Source: a virus (Duplodnaviria > Caudoviricetes). From it: a DNA stretch of 64,000 nt. Positions 1 to 10,776 of the stretch are shown one piece after another. The stretch spans positions 18,053 through 82,052 of the IMG/VR virus record IMGVR_UViG_3300023179_000070; one strand, written 5' to 3'. Under the pieces are notes generated by a model. The model saw only the letters and a program-made list of their open reading frames with translations. It was not told where the DNA came from and did no database searches. A program made the position numbers and the translations under genes. Numbering within the stretch: the first letter of the stretch is position 1; every line of letters starts with the position of its first letter.

Positions 1-519
1 AGTTAATACAAGAAAAGAATAAATTTCTTTTTGTTTAAAATATTCTTTATTTATTAGAAATTTTATATTTAAATAGTCACTACTTCTATAAATTTTATTA
101 AATAGATCGTTTTTGCTTATATTATCTATTTCTGGATATTCACCTTCTACTCTAAAATCTTCTTGATTATCATTATTATAATCAATTTCAAATAAAAGAT
201 TTTTAAAAAATCCAAGTTTATTATTGATTCTTTTATATGATTCATAATTATTTAAAAAATCATATTTAAATATATTTTTAGCTTTATTTTTTAGTAAATT
301 AGAGAAATATTTTGTTTTCTTGGCTCCTTCTAAACTTTCCATTCTATGTTCGATTATTGGTTCATAATTTTGTAGACCCGTATAATTTTCAATTAATGTA
401 TTATCTTCATTTCTTATTTTAATATTATAACTTGGAAATGGTTGATTTATATCTATATAATTAGGAATATCTCTTAAAGTCTCCCATTCTAAAGTTAAAT
501 TGATATTTTTAATTTTCAT
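1..519 (-). CDS. hypothetical protein downstream of tail tip J, truncated at window edge
   Basis: ATG at 519 directly after the J stop; reads MKIKNINLTLEWETLRDIPNY... towards the window start; absent from the ORF track, presumably because no stop is in the window. Confidence 0.6.
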   Translation of the reverse strand, partial: MKIKNINLTLEWETLRDIPNYIDINQPFPSYNIKIRNEDNTLIENYTGLQNYEPIIEHRMESLEGAKKTKYFSNLLKNKAKNIFKYDFLNNYESYKRINNKLGFFKNLLFEIDYNNDNQEDFRVEGEYPEIDNISKNDLFNKIYRSSDYLNIKFLINKEYFKQKEIYSFLVLT

Positions 520-520
520 T

Positions 521-3500
521 TTAATATATATTATATCCTGAAGCAATTACTCTATCTAATGTTGCTTGAGTAGTTAAAGAATATAACCCAGTTGCAGCAA
601 CAGATCTTTCGCCAATTGAATTTTCAGCAAATACTCTAAAGTAATAGTTTCCAGTATAATATGGAGTTAAAAATGGAGGTATTGTTCCAGTCGTAAAATA
701 TCCAATAGATACTCCAGTATTTAGTAAATTGGATGATATTACATTATATAAATATTGCTCTGTGTTGTTACTTATATCAAAATTTGTTCCACTTTTAATA
801 TATACATAATATAATGTATTTGATTGATAATTCCCAATTGGTCTAATATTATACATTATGCTATTAACACCACCTTGATTACTTGTATAAATAGTTGTGC
901 AATTTGCATCTGCGCAATATGAATTTGAAGTCGGACTTCTAAAAATTCCACTTAAAAATAAATCTGGAGTTACTGGTGCATTTGGTCTTACTGGAACGTT
1001 TACCAAAAGTGCAGCGTTATCAATATCTGCATATTTTTGATCATTATATTCTAAAGCATTAACATTAAAAATTGTTGGATCTTTTTCTGTTATATTTAAT
1101 ACTCTATATTTTTTAGGTTTATTTAGATATGATTCTAAATAATATCCTGGATATGCTTCTCTAGAAGTATTATTAATTGGAGATCTTATGTCTAATCCTC
1201 CAGATATACCGCCATATCCAGTAGTAGATATATCTATAGACCAAACTGTATTTTGAATTAAGCCATATGGCGCATTTAATTGACTTGGGAATGTTAATTT
1301 TATATTATTTGAATATATACCAGTTCCACTAGATACTAGACTAATAAGATTACTATCAAAATTTATTGATTGAATTTGAGATTTTCTTATAAAAGAACTA
1401 TTTAATCCTGTAACTCCAGAAGATGTAATATCAAAACCAGTAGCGTATAAATCCCCAAGAGATGTTCCTAAATTTAAATTATAAGTAGGTACAAGAACAT
1501 TAAATTTAAATGAACTATTTACTCCAGTAAGTGCATATAAATTATAAGGATTATAAGGGGTATCTAATACTACACTTCCAGATGTTAATTCTAGAGTTCT
1601 ACCTGCATAAACTTGATTTTTTCTATATTGATCATAAATTGATATAATATCTCCTGGTTTTATATAGTTTCCATCAATTCCAACTTGAAAATCTACAAGT
1701 TCAGTTTCTGTATTTTCTGTTGCTAAAATCCATCTTCCAGCTCTTCTAGCTTGATTTTTACTCGTACAACCAAAAGCTGTAATTTCTGTTTCTCTAATTC
1801 CATATTTTAGAATTGCATCTTTATTTTCTACATATTCAATAGCTGGCTTGTAACTATTATTTTCATCATTATATCTTACATATGCTACAGTTTTTCTTGC
1901 TTTTTTTGATGCGTCAGAATAATTAAATGAACCATTTATTACATTACTATTATTGAATATATATATTGGATCTTTTAAAGAATCTTGAGATACTGTTATT
2001 TGCCCAGCAGAATAATATACTATAGCATTAAAAAGACTAGCCATATCATTTAAAACTTTATATGCTTCTTCTTTATTTGCTATATATAAATTGCATCTAA
2101 ATCTTGGTTCTAAGCCACCCATGCCATCTGCAACTAATTGATCACAATATTGTCCAATTTCATATAATGACCATTTATCTGTTAAATTTGAATCTATATA
2201 TTTTCCTAATCCAAATCTATTATTTGTTAATAAATCATAAAAACACCAAGCTGGATTATCTGTCCATGCTACTTTAAACTGTCCATTCCATGCTCCACTA
2301 TATGTTTTTGATATTGGATCATAATTTGTTGGAATTTTAACTTTTAAAAGTCTAACTTTATAACTTCTTTTGGGGATATCACTAAAATATCTTGCATCGA
2401 ATTTAGAAAAAACCATAGCTGTATCTGGATAAACAAATCGATCCGAATATACTTGAGTAATGCTGTGAACTTCTGTAGAATTACTTAAGCTACTAGAAAC
2501 TCCTTCATAAACACTTTTAATCACATCTATCGCCCATCCAATTTGATTTGGAAATAATTCAAACCATGGACTATTTTCTGCAAAAGGTCTTAAAGTAATT
2601 TCATATGTAAAAATCAAAGGATTTGATATTTTTCCTCTGGCCCCAACTTCATCATAAGAATAATAATTTGATATATATGGCGAATATTTAGATGTATCTA
2701 ATTGAACAACCTGACCATCTTTTAAAACCCTCCATGTTGCAAATCTAAATGATAAATTTTGTCTTTCTACATCTCCAGCATTTGATCCAGTCAATATTTG
2801 TTGATATAAAGAATTAACTTTTATATTTACTTTTAAAGCAGAAACATTTGTATTATATACATAATATCTTTTTGGAGTTAGTATTTGAGTTGCATATGCA
2901 CTTCCACCGCTTACCAAGTATGCACCATATAATGTTTCTCCTATACTTTCGGTAACTGATGTTTCTAATGGATATTTATTTATATCAACTTTTTTACCAA
3001 AATAGTCTCTTCTATCTTCATAAAGATTTAAATATGGATTATAAATCGTATGATCATTTGTTTTTTCTCCGTAATTATATTTATAATCAACAAATTGAAA
3101 ATTATAATAACCTCTAAAATCTGTTATAGGTACATCATCATAAAAAATTGATCTTGTTTCTGGATTAGAAATTGTTTGTCCATATGGTTGAAAAGTAACA
3201 CTAGTATAACCAATATCTCCAGTATTTTTTCCACTAATATTTGGGATATAGGTTCCAGATACAAATCCTTCAATTGGTCCCTCACTTATTAAATCTAAAA
3301 TATTTACTTGTGTTATAGAATTGTAAGCCCTACTATCTCTAAAACTTTGTGGAACAGCATTTTCTGTTGCTAGCGTTGTACTTGATCTAAATATTGTTTT
3401 TAAATCTGGACTATTTAATACAAGGTCATTTTTTTGCGCACCAGTAATAGCTACTCCATTAAATCCAATAATTGGATTTCCAGTTAAAACTGCAATTGGT

Positions 3501-3715
3501 GTAAAAACTGTATAATAACCACTAGGTCCATAATTGTATTTTATGGTTGTTCCTCCGAATGGAAGAGTGCTTCCACTAAAAGATAAACAAACAGCTCCAC
3601 CAGCTAAATCCATAGCTGTACTTTCTGGAAAATTATATCCACAAGCACCCATTCCCATATTTCCTGGAAAAAGGAGATATTCTAAACCATCAGCGTATTT
3701 ATTTGCATTACCCAT
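521..3715 (-). CDS. tail tip / host specificity protein (lambda gpJ-like)
   Basis: motifs DLISEGPIEG, KIPTNYDP, AWTDNPAWCFYDLLTNNRFGLG, EPRFRCN, FGCTSKNQARRAGRW; C-terminal FN3-like segment (YYFRVFAENSIG). Confidence 0.92.
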   Translation of the reverse strand: MGNANKYADGLEYLLFPGNMGMGACGYNFPESTAMDLAGGAVCLSFSGSTLPFGGTTIKYNYGPSGYYTVFTPIAVLTGNPIIGFNGVAITGAQKNDLVLNSPDLKTIFRSSTTLATENAVPQSFRDSRAYNSITQVNILDLISEGPIEGFVSGTYIPNISGKNTGDIGYTSVTFQPYGQTISNPETRSIFYDDVPITDFRGYYNFQFVDYKYNYGEKTNDHTIYNPYLNLYEDRRDYFGKKVDINKYPLETSVTESIGETLYGAYLVSGGSAYATQILTPKRYYVYNTNVSALKVNIKVNSLYQQILTGSNAGDVERQNLSFRFATWRVLKDGQVVQLDTSKYSPYISNYYSYDEVGARGKISNPLIFTYEITLRPFAENSPWFELFPNQIGWAIDVIKSVYEGVSSSLSNSTEVHSITQVYSDRFVYPDTAMVFSKFDARYFSDIPKRSYKVRLLKVKIPTNYDPISKTYSGAWNGQFKVAWTDNPAWCFYDLLTNNRFGLGKYIDSNLTDKWSLYEIGQYCDQLVADGMGGLEPRFRCNLYIANKEEAYKVLNDMASLFNAIVYYSAGQITVSQDSLKDPIYIFNNSNVINGSFNYSDASKKARKTVAYVRYNDENNSYKPAIEYVENKDAILKYGIRETEITAFGCTSKNQARRAGRWILATENTETELVDFQVGIDGNYIKPGDIISIYDQYRKNQVYAGRTLELTSGSVVLDTPYNPYNLYALTGVNSSFKFNVLVPTYNLNLGTSLGDLYATGFDITSSGVTGLNSSFIRKSQIQSINFDSNLISLVSSGTGIYSNNIKLTFPSQLNAPYGLIQNTVWSIDISTTGYGGISGGLDIRSPINNTSREAYPGYYLESYLNKPKKYRVLNITEKDPTIFNVNALEYNDQKYADIDNAALLVNVPVRPNAPVTPDLFLSGIFRSPTSNSYCADANCTTIYTSNQGGVNSIMYNIRPIGNYQSNTLYYVYIKSGTNFDISNNTEQYLYNVISSNLLNTGVSIGYFTTGTIPPFLTPYYTGNYYFRVFAENSIGERSVAATGLYSLTTQATLDRVIASGYNIY

Positions 3716-3716
3716 A

Positions 3717-4496
3717 TTAGAAAGGAAGAGTTTTTAAAGAATCTTGAGAAGCTAAATAACATTTACTATTGAATAAATATTGATTACTTCCAGTAAAACT
3801 TATTTCTAAAGTAGAACTATCATAATTTGCCATATATGCTCTATATAAAATATCATAACTGCTAAATACATTATTTCCGCCAATAATTAATTCCCCATAT
3901 CCAACTGGAACTGCTCCACCTTCTCCAACTGTATTTACTGGTCCATTAAAAAGATAAGATGTTGGTCCACCAGACTCTCCTTCTCCAGCGATAGGATTAA
4001 CTTGTTGAGCTGTAAAAGGTACACTTGGTGGAGGTTTAGAAAGCAATTGACTAGTTCCTGCTGCAATTAATCCTAGTCCTGCAAAACCAATTGCAACTGC
4101 AGGTAATACAAAAGGCGTAAATACAGCTAAAGCTACTGCGCCAACTAAAGCAAATGCACCAAGAACAATTTTAGCGATTCCGCCTCCAAAAAATCCACCC
4201 GACCCTATAATTGATGGTACAATATCTATTGTTTGTACTTTGCCTTTTATATTTAAACAAAATTCAGAATTTTTAATTTCTTCAAGATTTTTAAATTCTT
4301 TATTTTCAGTAAATAAATTAGTTTTATCAATTAAGATTTCATATTCATATTCATCTTTATAGTCAATTAACCATTTTCTTAATTTTTTAGTATTAACATC
4401 TATAGCTCTAAGAGCTTCAGAGACAGTAGATACATCTAAATCCCAAGATTCGCCAATATCTTGCCCTAATTTACCATGTAAATTTACTCTTATCAT
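3717..4496 (-). CDS. tail assembly protein (lambda gpI-like)
   Basis: N-terminal IRVNLHGKLG ubiquitin-like start, hydrophobic middle, SYLFNGPVNT..G.AVPVGYGE motif; lies between K and J. Confidence 0.88.
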   Translation of the reverse strand: MIRVNLHGKLGQDIGESWDLDVSTVSEALRAIDVNTKKLRKWLIDYKDEYEYEILIDKTNLFTENKEFKNLEEIKNSEFCLNIKGKVQTIDIVPSIIGSGGFFGGGIAKIVLGAFALVGAVALAVFTPFVLPAVAIGFAGLGLIAAGTSQLLSKPPPSVPFTAQQVNPIAGEGESGGPTSYLFNGPVNTVGEGGAVPVGYGELIIGGNNVFSSYDILYRAYMANYDSSTLEISFTGSNQYLFNSKCYLASQDSLKTLPF

Positions 4497-4497
4497 A

Positions 4498-5217
4498 TTA
4501 TGCCTTTCTATAAACTAGCTCCGTATGCCTCTTATAGAAATTACAATAATTTTCTATTTTTGAGAAACTAAGGGTAGGTTGATGTAGTATTCTATCATTT
4601 CCCATATAAAGTGCAAAATGTTTTCCTGCATTAGTTTGTAAAATTAAAACATCATTTTTTTCTAAAGATTTTTTATTTTCTATTAATTTAAATCCTTTTT
4701 TTTCTAAAAAATTTAAAGATAAATTTTTATTAAAAACATTTTGAGCATCAATAAAATCTGTATAATGAGTAATTATCGCTGAAATATCTATATTTAATTC
4801 ATTTTTCAAAAAATCTTTAATTAATGTATAACAATCATATTTTCCTATTTGAAAATATCTTCCAATATAAGATTTATTAATATTTATTGGTTCATAAATT
4901 TTAAATATCTTTTTATTTATATTATACATTATAATGGGTAAACAAAGATTTTCAGAACAAATAATATCTTGTTCACTGAAATTTTCATTATCATTAATAT
5001 GACTATGATAAATATAAAGAATTTTATCAGAATAATTCTTTATTTTTAGATAATCTATAGATGATATCATAAAATTTTCTTTTTTATTCGTAGCAATATT
5101 TTTGCATGGTATAGATATAAAATTATTATTTTTTAAAACTATAAATCCACAAATTTCTTGTGATGAATTTTTTAAAGATTCTTTTATAATAAAATTTTTA
5201 TTTTTTTTATCTATCAT
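4498..5217 (-). CDS. tail assembly protein K (JAB/MPN + NlpC/P60)
   Basis: EICG..YHSH..FSEQD JAB motif and DCYTLI..HFALYMGNDRILH NlpC/P60 motif; ATG at 5217 abuts the L stop, so it is preferred over the track start 5271. Confidence 0.88.
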   Translation of the reverse strand: MIDKKNKNFIIKESLKNSSQEICGFIVLKNNNFISIPCKNIATNKKENFMISSIDYLKIKNYSDKILYIYHSHINDNENFSEQDIICSENLCLPIIMYNINKKIFKIYEPININKSYIGRYFQIGKYDCYTLIKDFLKNELNIDISAIITHYTDFIDAQNVFNKNLSLNFLEKKGFKLIENKKSLEKNDVLILQTNAGKHFALYMGNDRILHQPTLSFSKIENYCNFYKRHTELVYRKA

Positions 5218-5218
5218 A

Positions 5219-6583
5219 TTAGACTTGTGGTTGATTTGTTCCAGGAAATCCACCAAATGGTAAAAATCCATTTAAATAATTTCCTTGATAATCTTTTGGT
5301 ATACCATGCGCGCGTTCTGATGTAGGGTCTTCTGCTCCAGGTCTTCTTGGGAAAAGAAATCCTGTATTAAAAGGATCATATTTAAATAAAGAATACTCAC
5401 CAGAAGAATATAATCTAATAAGTCTAAGAACAAATTGATTATAATCTTCTCCATTTCTATTTGTTGGCCAAATTACTGGTCTAAATGCTGGATTTTTTAA
5501 CCATCTTGATCTACAAGAAGAAATACTTTTGGCGCATGAATCTCCTACCCAATAATTAATGTTTGGAGGAGCATTAAATACATTTGATGTATGATTATTA
5601 ATACATACATAATAAAATTTTAATCCATTATTTTCTAAATAAATGAAATCTCCAGAAACATAATTTCCACTTTGTTGCCATAAACCAGAATTACCTAAAC
5701 CACCACTTATACGAAATATTGCGCCCGTGCTAGTTCCAGTTGTTGCAAAAACTCCACCAATAAATAATTGATCATTAGCTGTTGCAACTGGAGGAGCAGT
5801 TTGTAAACCTCTAATTGTTACTGGATTAGTAGTATTAGCATAAATTCCACTATGTAAATATGTTAATCTACTATTATACTCATAAAGACATCCTTCCCCT
5901 CTATATTGAAATGGACATCTATTTGATAAAATTGTACGAGCTGGTAAAACTGCATTTTCAACATCTAAAACAGATGCCAATTGATATTCTATAATATCTC
6001 TATTTTCTATTGTTTTTCTATCAATGTAATAAATATCTTTAGGTAGTTCTATTTCATAAATTCCAGTATTTGGATTATATGGATTAATATTTCCAGAAAA
6101 ATTTGACCCATCTAAATATTTTAAAAAAGTTTTAATTCTAGTAAATTTTGCTCCAATAATATCTCCCAAAGATTGAATTTCCATCCTAATATATTTATAA
6201 AATGAGTTATAAGAATTATCTGCGGATAAATTAGATATTGATATTTTTGGAGTAGGTAGTGTTCCAGCAGAAGAATATTCAAATCCTTCTGAAAAAATTG
6301 GAAATGGATAATAATAATTACCTTGCCATTTTATAGTACCATAAGGATTTGAACTAATATTAAACAAATTATAATCATTATATACTCTGAAAATACTATT
6401 ACTTATTGGTTGACTATTAGTTGTTGATTGATTTTGGTTATAATTAATTATTGATGGGGCAATTTTAGAAAGATCTATTTCATAAAATTGAATTTGCGTA
6501 GATGGAGTTAATGAAGCTATTTCTTTATTTAAAGAAGAACTTCCGCTTACAACAAGATTATAAATTTCTGAAGAAGTTGGCAT
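5219..6583 (-). CDS. minor tail protein L-like
   Basis: GTLPTPKISISN, RIKTFLKYLD, YYIDRK, CPFQYRGEGC..DSCAKSISSC cysteines, terminal LPFGGFPG. Confidence 0.9.
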   Translation of the reverse strand: MPTSSEIYNLVVSGSSSLNKEIASLTPSTQIQFYEIDLSKIAPSIINYNQNQSTTNSQPISNSIFRVYNDYNLFNISSNPYGTIKWQGNYYYPFPIFSEGFEYSSAGTLPTPKISISNLSADNSYNSFYKYIRMEIQSLGDIIGAKFTRIKTFLKYLDGSNFSGNINPYNPNTGIYEIELPKDIYYIDRKTIENRDIIEYQLASVLDVENAVLPARTILSNRCPFQYRGEGCLYEYNSRLTYLHSGIYANTTNPVTIRGLQTAPPVATANDQLFIGGVFATTGTSTGAIFRISGGLGNSGLWQQSGNYVSGDFIYLENNGLKFYYVCINNHTSNVFNAPPNINYWVGDSCAKSISSCRSRWLKNPAFRPVIWPTNRNGEDYNQFVLRLIRLYSSGEYSLFKYDPFNTGFLFPRRPGAEDPTSERAHGIPKDYQGNYLNGFLPFGGFPGTNQPQV

Positions 6584-6592
6584 AATTAAAAA

Positions 6593-7141
6593 TTAAATAG
6601 GTACTTCTATAAATTTTGCTTCAATTGTATAATTATTATAAGAAATATATGAAGGAGACCATTCTGGACAAATAAATCTTGTGGTTAAATTTGATGAAGA
6701 TTTTGAAAAAATAGTTGGAATATTATATATGAAACTTTCTTGTCCGTTTCTTTGTTTTAAAAAATGAAGAATTGAAACTGTTTCTAATTCTGATCGGTTT
6801 TCAAATGCTAAATTAAATTCAATTAAGTTATTATTTAAACCATCAACAATTCTTTGTTCATATCCATTTCCAAATTTATTAATCTTAATTCTTGGATTAA
6901 CATTAATTTTAGCATTATATGAGGGTTTCCACCAAAAATTAGGTATTAAATTTCCATTTAAAATAATATATCCATCCCAATCAACTTGAAGATTAGTAGG
7001 AGTTACTGGATTATTCCCTGCTCCTACATTAGAATCAATTATTGAATAATAATATTTACTATCACTACCAAGTACTATACTGTACTTATTATAAGTAGTA
7101 GACTGGTTCCAAGTCGGAACTGTATCATATATACTAGCCAT
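6593..7141 (-). CDS. minor tail protein M-like
   Basis: KFGNGYEQRIVDGLN motif, FICPEW, C-terminal AKFIEV; synteny with L/K/I/J. Confidence 0.85.
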   Translation of the reverse strand: MASIYDTVPTWNQSTTYNKYSIVLGSDSKYYYSIIDSNVGAGNNPVTPTNLQVDWDGYIILNGNLIPNFWWKPSYNAKINVNPRIKINKFGNGYEQRIVDGLNNNLIEFNLAFENRSELETVSILHFLKQRNGQESFIYNIPTIFSKSSSNLTTRFICPEWSPSYISYNNYTIEAKFIEVPI

Positions 7142-7162
7142 ATACCTTTTACCTCTTATATT

Positions 7163-7183
7163 TTACACTTAAAAGTAGTGTAA
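7163..7183. promoter_or_regulatory. back-to-back GTGTAA putative phage late promoters
   Basis: TTACAC 7163-7168 (minus) and GTGTAA 7178-7183 (plus) between divergent genes; the motif recurs at 13 or more gene starts. Confidence 0.65.
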
Positions 7184-7192
7184 TTATAATTA

Positions 7193-8002
7193 ATGTTTAA
7201 TGTATATTCTATAGAAAATCAGAACTTTTATCTAAATGATTCTTTAATATCTGGAATCCAAAGTTTAGGAATTAGTTATGATAATAATATAAATCCTTCT
7301 ATAGCCATCGATAATTCTAATTTGAATTATTTTGTAGGTAAACCAGTTACAGCGAATCTTGATTTAGCCTATATATTAAGTTCTAATGATAAATTTATAA
7401 GTTATACTGGCTCTAATTCATTTAGTGGTAAAGTTGAGTATGGTAACAATTATTTTACATTTTCAAGTGGATATTTAACAAATTACTCTTTAAATTATAA
7501 ATTTGGTGAATATCCCGAAGTTAATACAAAAAGTTTTATTTTAGGTGAACTTGGAAATACTTCTGGTACTTTTTCTTATACTCCAAAAGTTTTAAATAAT
7601 TTTGATATTGGTGATAATTGTTATGTAGATTTAAATTTAGCGGAAGCAGATCAAAATAATAGATTAGAATCATTTGGAATAAATATAGATATTCCAAGAG
7701 CAACAGTTTATACTATTGGAAATTATTTACCAACAAATGTAATCGTAAAATATCCAATTTCTATATCTTTAAATTTTCAATTTTCTATGAGTAATTATAC
7801 TCAAGAAAAAGTAACGAATATTTTTACTGGTATTGCCTCTAGAAATTTAACTTTAAATTTCAAAAAATATGGCACAAATCAAAACTTGTTATCTTTAAAT
7901 TTATCAAATCTAATAAATAGTGAAACTCAATTAAGATATAGTACATCTGATGATGCTAAATTAAATCTCAATTTTCAAACATATATCTTAAGCGGAATAT
8001 AA
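7193..8002 (+). CDS. putative virion structural protein (tail tube-like)
   Basis: beta-rich 269 aa protein with GIQSLGISYD and ESFGINIDIPRATVYTIG patterns; GTGTAA promoter; next to tail genes. Confidence 0.45.
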   Translation: MFNVYSIENQNFYLNDSLISGIQSLGISYDNNINPSIAIDNSNLNYFVGKPVTANLDLAYILSSNDKFISYTGSNSFSGKVEYGNNYFTFSSGYLTNYSLNYKFGEYPEVNTKSFILGELGNTSGTFSYTPKVLNNFDIGDNCYVDLNLAEADQNNRLESFGINIDIPRATVYTIGNYLPTNVIVKYPISISLNFQFSMSNYTQEKVTNIFTGIASRNLTLNFKKYGTNQNLLSLNLSNLINSETQLRYSTSDDAKLNLNFQTYILSGI

Positions 8003-8044
8003 AATTAATAGAAATATTATTTATATTATATATAATATTAATAT

Positions 8045-8506
8045 ATGACATTTCAAAAATTATTAGATTCTCAGGCATTTTTTAATATTTTTATTAAAAA
8101 TGATATTTTTTTTAATTCTTTAAAACAAAAATTTCCAGAAATTTTAGCAGATCTTACTAGTTCTAGAAATAATCCAAATTGTTCATGTAAAAATCGAGTA
8201 AAAGCTTATTTGGAATCAAAAATTACTAATGAAGTAAATTATTTTAACGATTTAATAAATATTGAAGAAATTAAAAAATTAATATCAGAAAAAAACGAAG
8301 AAATTATAAATTCTATTCCATCAAAACTAAGTCATCTTGATCAAATATATAATTTGCATAAAAATAGTGGTGGAAAAATATTTCAAATTGGCAAAACCGA
8401 ACAAGATTGGGCAAATCTTGCTAAAAAAATAACAGATGAAAGAATCAATTTTAAATCTTTTTCTATTATTGAAAAAGAAGATAAATTAGTGGTTTATTTT
8501 ATTTAA
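8045..8506 (+). CDS. hypothetical protein (NPNCSC motif)
   Basis: 153 aa ORF. Confidence 0.6.
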   Translation: MTFQKLLDSQAFFNIFIKNDIFFNSLKQKFPEILADLTSSRNNPNCSCKNRVKAYLESKITNEVNYFNDLINIEEIKKLISEKNEEIINSIPSKLSHLDQIYNLHKNSGGKIFQIGKTEQDWANLAKKITDERINFKSFSIIEKEDKLVVYFI

Positions 8507-8803
8507 ATGTTTTATCAATTTTTATTGTATTTATTTCTTTGTTTAGCAGTAACTTATGCTTGGAGTGATACGCAAATCGCTATACCATTTCGTAATTTTA
8601 TAGCAAAAATACCTTATATTCATAAACCATTACTTTGTCATGAGTGCTCTAGCTTTTGGATATCTTTAGCTATTAGTTTTTTTATTAATCCATTTGTTGA
8701 ATTAACTTATCCTTATTTTAGCAATATATTTAGTGCTTTTTGTGGATTTTTTATTAATCTTTACTTTGTTAGGAATCAACTTGTCAGGTATAAAGATTAT
8801 TAA
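8507..8803 (+). CDS. small membrane protein with CxxC (DUF1360-like)
   Basis: hydrophobic segments and LLCHECSSFW. Confidence 0.55.
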   Translation: MFYQFLLYLFLCLAVTYAWSDTQIAIPFRNFIAKIPYIHKPLLCHECSSFWISLAISFFINPFVELTYPYFSNIFSAFCGFFINLYFVRNQLVRYKDY

Positions 8804-9606
8804 TCTTTCACTTTCTTAAGTCTATCAATTAGTTCGAATATTTTAACTTTTGATATATCTGAAATAGAGTTAATATTCTCTGCATTTTCAAATTTTTCTT
8901 TGATAAGCCTTTTTTTAAGACTTTCAAAATTAACACCTTTATCTTTCATAACTTTTTCAAGTAATGCTTGAGGGGATGTAGGATTTTCATTAATAGATGA
9001 AGAATCATCGATAAGCTTTGCATCCCCTAATTCTTCTTGAGAAACAATATTAATTTTTAAGAAATTACGTACACAACGAACAAATGCTCTATTCTCCGCA
9101 ATTGCAGCCAAAAAGAATCTAGCAAAACTCTTTGTATTATTTATAGTAGCGTCAGCAAGAGATTCAAAAACTACTTCTCTTCCTCCAGTTTCATAATTTG
9201 GTAGCCAAGTAATCCTACAACTCGTTGCAAAATAGCTTTCAGATGCTGCTACTACTTTGTATTCTACGCTAGTATAGCCTCTAATTTGAGCTAATTCTTT
9301 GATTCCACCTAAAAGTATTAAAAGATCTTTATCTTGGAGCTTTGAAACATCTGTTTCTTGAGTTTTTTGACGATTAGGAACAAGATGTTCTACTTTGACC
9401 ATCTTGCGCCAATTAATTGTTCCATCATCATTAAATATATAATTAAGATTGGTATCTTCAACCAGACCATATTGATTTCTAGTAATCAAGTTTGGAGGTA
9501 TAACTTTATTTGTAATTTGCTCTTGCTGAATAGCAGTTACTCCTTCGAATAACTCTGAACTACCAATTGAAATAGTATTTTCTTCTGATTTAATTTTAGG
9601 GCTCAT
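8800..9606 (-). CDS. putative ssDNA annealing protein (Rad52/RecT-like)
   Basis: GGIKELAQIRG and AIAENRAFVRCVR resemble the annealase AExRAxxRxxR motif; located in the replication block. Confidence 0.55.
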   Translation of the reverse strand: MSPKIKSEENTISIGSSELFEGVTAIQQEQITNKVIPPNLITRNQYGLVEDTNLNYIFNDDGTINWRKMVKVEHLVPNRQKTQETDVSKLQDKDLLILLGGIKELAQIRGYTSVEYKVVAASESYFATSCRITWLPNYETGGREVVFESLADATINNTKSFARFFLAAIAENRAFVRCVRNFLKINIVSQEELGDAKLIDDSSSINENPTSPQALLEKVMKDKGVNFESLKKRLIKEKFENAENINSISDISKVKIFELIDRLKKVKD

Positions 9607-9632
9607 TTAGTAATGATACTATACATTGTATA

Positions 9633-10775
9633 TTAAGTCAACTTAAAAATATAGAAATTATCGGCTTCTTTCCAAAATTCTGGATCATCTACTACTTTAT
9701 CTCCATTTTTATTAATCCAATCATATCTAGAGATAAATTTACCTTCTGCCCCATATAATGTTCTTGAAGATTTGTAATGAAGATTATTTATATTTTTAAT
9801 ATTAAAATCTTCTTTTGTTTTATGTTTTTTATTTATAATTAAATTATAGTCGAGATAATCTAATTTAAATTTATTTAAAACTTCTTCAGCCAAAAATGAA
9901 AGCAATATATAATTTATAGAATTTATTTTTAATAATTTTACAAAATTAGGACTATTTTCTTCTTCTATTATATAAATTATTTGATTTATATTGCTTTTGT
10001 ATTTTTCAATTATTTCCTTTTTAATTGGTTTATTTGTAAATATAATACATTTTTTCTGCTGTAATAATTGTTCTAAAACTATTTCATTAAAGCAGTAATC
10101 CATTCTGACGATAGGATTTTCTACTAGAAAATTAGTTAAATTAATATTATCTTCTGGAATTATTTCATAGCTTTGTAGATTATAATCAGAACCAAAATTA
10201 ATTGTTTCTTTATTGTTATTAAATTTAATATTTAAAAGTTTTAATACTGAATAAGCTATTTCTTCTGGTTTTATATTATTGATACTTTTAGGATTTTCTT
10301 CTGCGGAATAAGATGGTTTTTTATCTCTATTAGAAGATATTAATATTTTATCTTGTTTTTTTGTCCAATATGGGCAAGCATTTTCAATATTGCTATTACT
10401 ATAAAGTGCTACTATTTTTTTATCATAACCAGAAGCAATATGTACGCCAAAACTATCTGCACCTAAATGAAGAATTGAATTTTTTATTATATATGCTGCT
10501 TGATTTATAGTTGTTTGACCACCTAAAAACGCAGTATTTAAAAATTGTTTATCATTTTTTGTTCCAATTTGGACAATTTTAATATTATATTCTTCTAAAT
10601 ATGGAATTAATATTTCTAATACTTCTTGCCAATAATCATAATTTTTAGAATTATATTTACTAAAAGGTTGAAAACATATATATTTTTCTATTGGTAATGG
10701 AAAAAATTTTTCATAAATAAAAGGTTTTCCAATTTTAACCCCACAAGATGTTGCGTATCTTTCAATTAAATGCAT
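9633..10775 (-). CDS. GT9 (heptosyltransferase-like) C-terminal half plus extra domain
   Basis: SKNYDYWQEV, IVQIG, TTINQAAYIIKNSILHLGADSFGVHIA..KKIVALYS. Confidence 0.75.
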   Translation of the reverse strand: MHLIERYATSCGVKIGKPFIYEKFFPLPIEKYICFQPFSKYNSKNYDYWQEVLEILIPYLEEYNIKIVQIGTKNDKQFLNTAFLGGQTTINQAAYIIKNSILHLGADSFGVHIASGYDKKIVALYSNSNIENACPYWTKKQDKILISSNRDKKPSYSAEENPKSINNIKPEEIAYSVLKLLNIKFNNNKETINFGSDYNLQSYEIIPEDNINLTNFLVENPIVRMDYCFNEIVLEQLLQQKKCIIFTNKPIKKEIIEKYKSNINQIIYIIEEENSPNFVKLLKINSINYILLSFLAEEVLNKFKLDYLDYNLIINKKHKTKEDFNIKNINNLHYKSSRTLYGAEGKFISRYDWINKNGDKVVDDPEFWKEADNFYIFKLT

Positions 10776-10776
10776 A

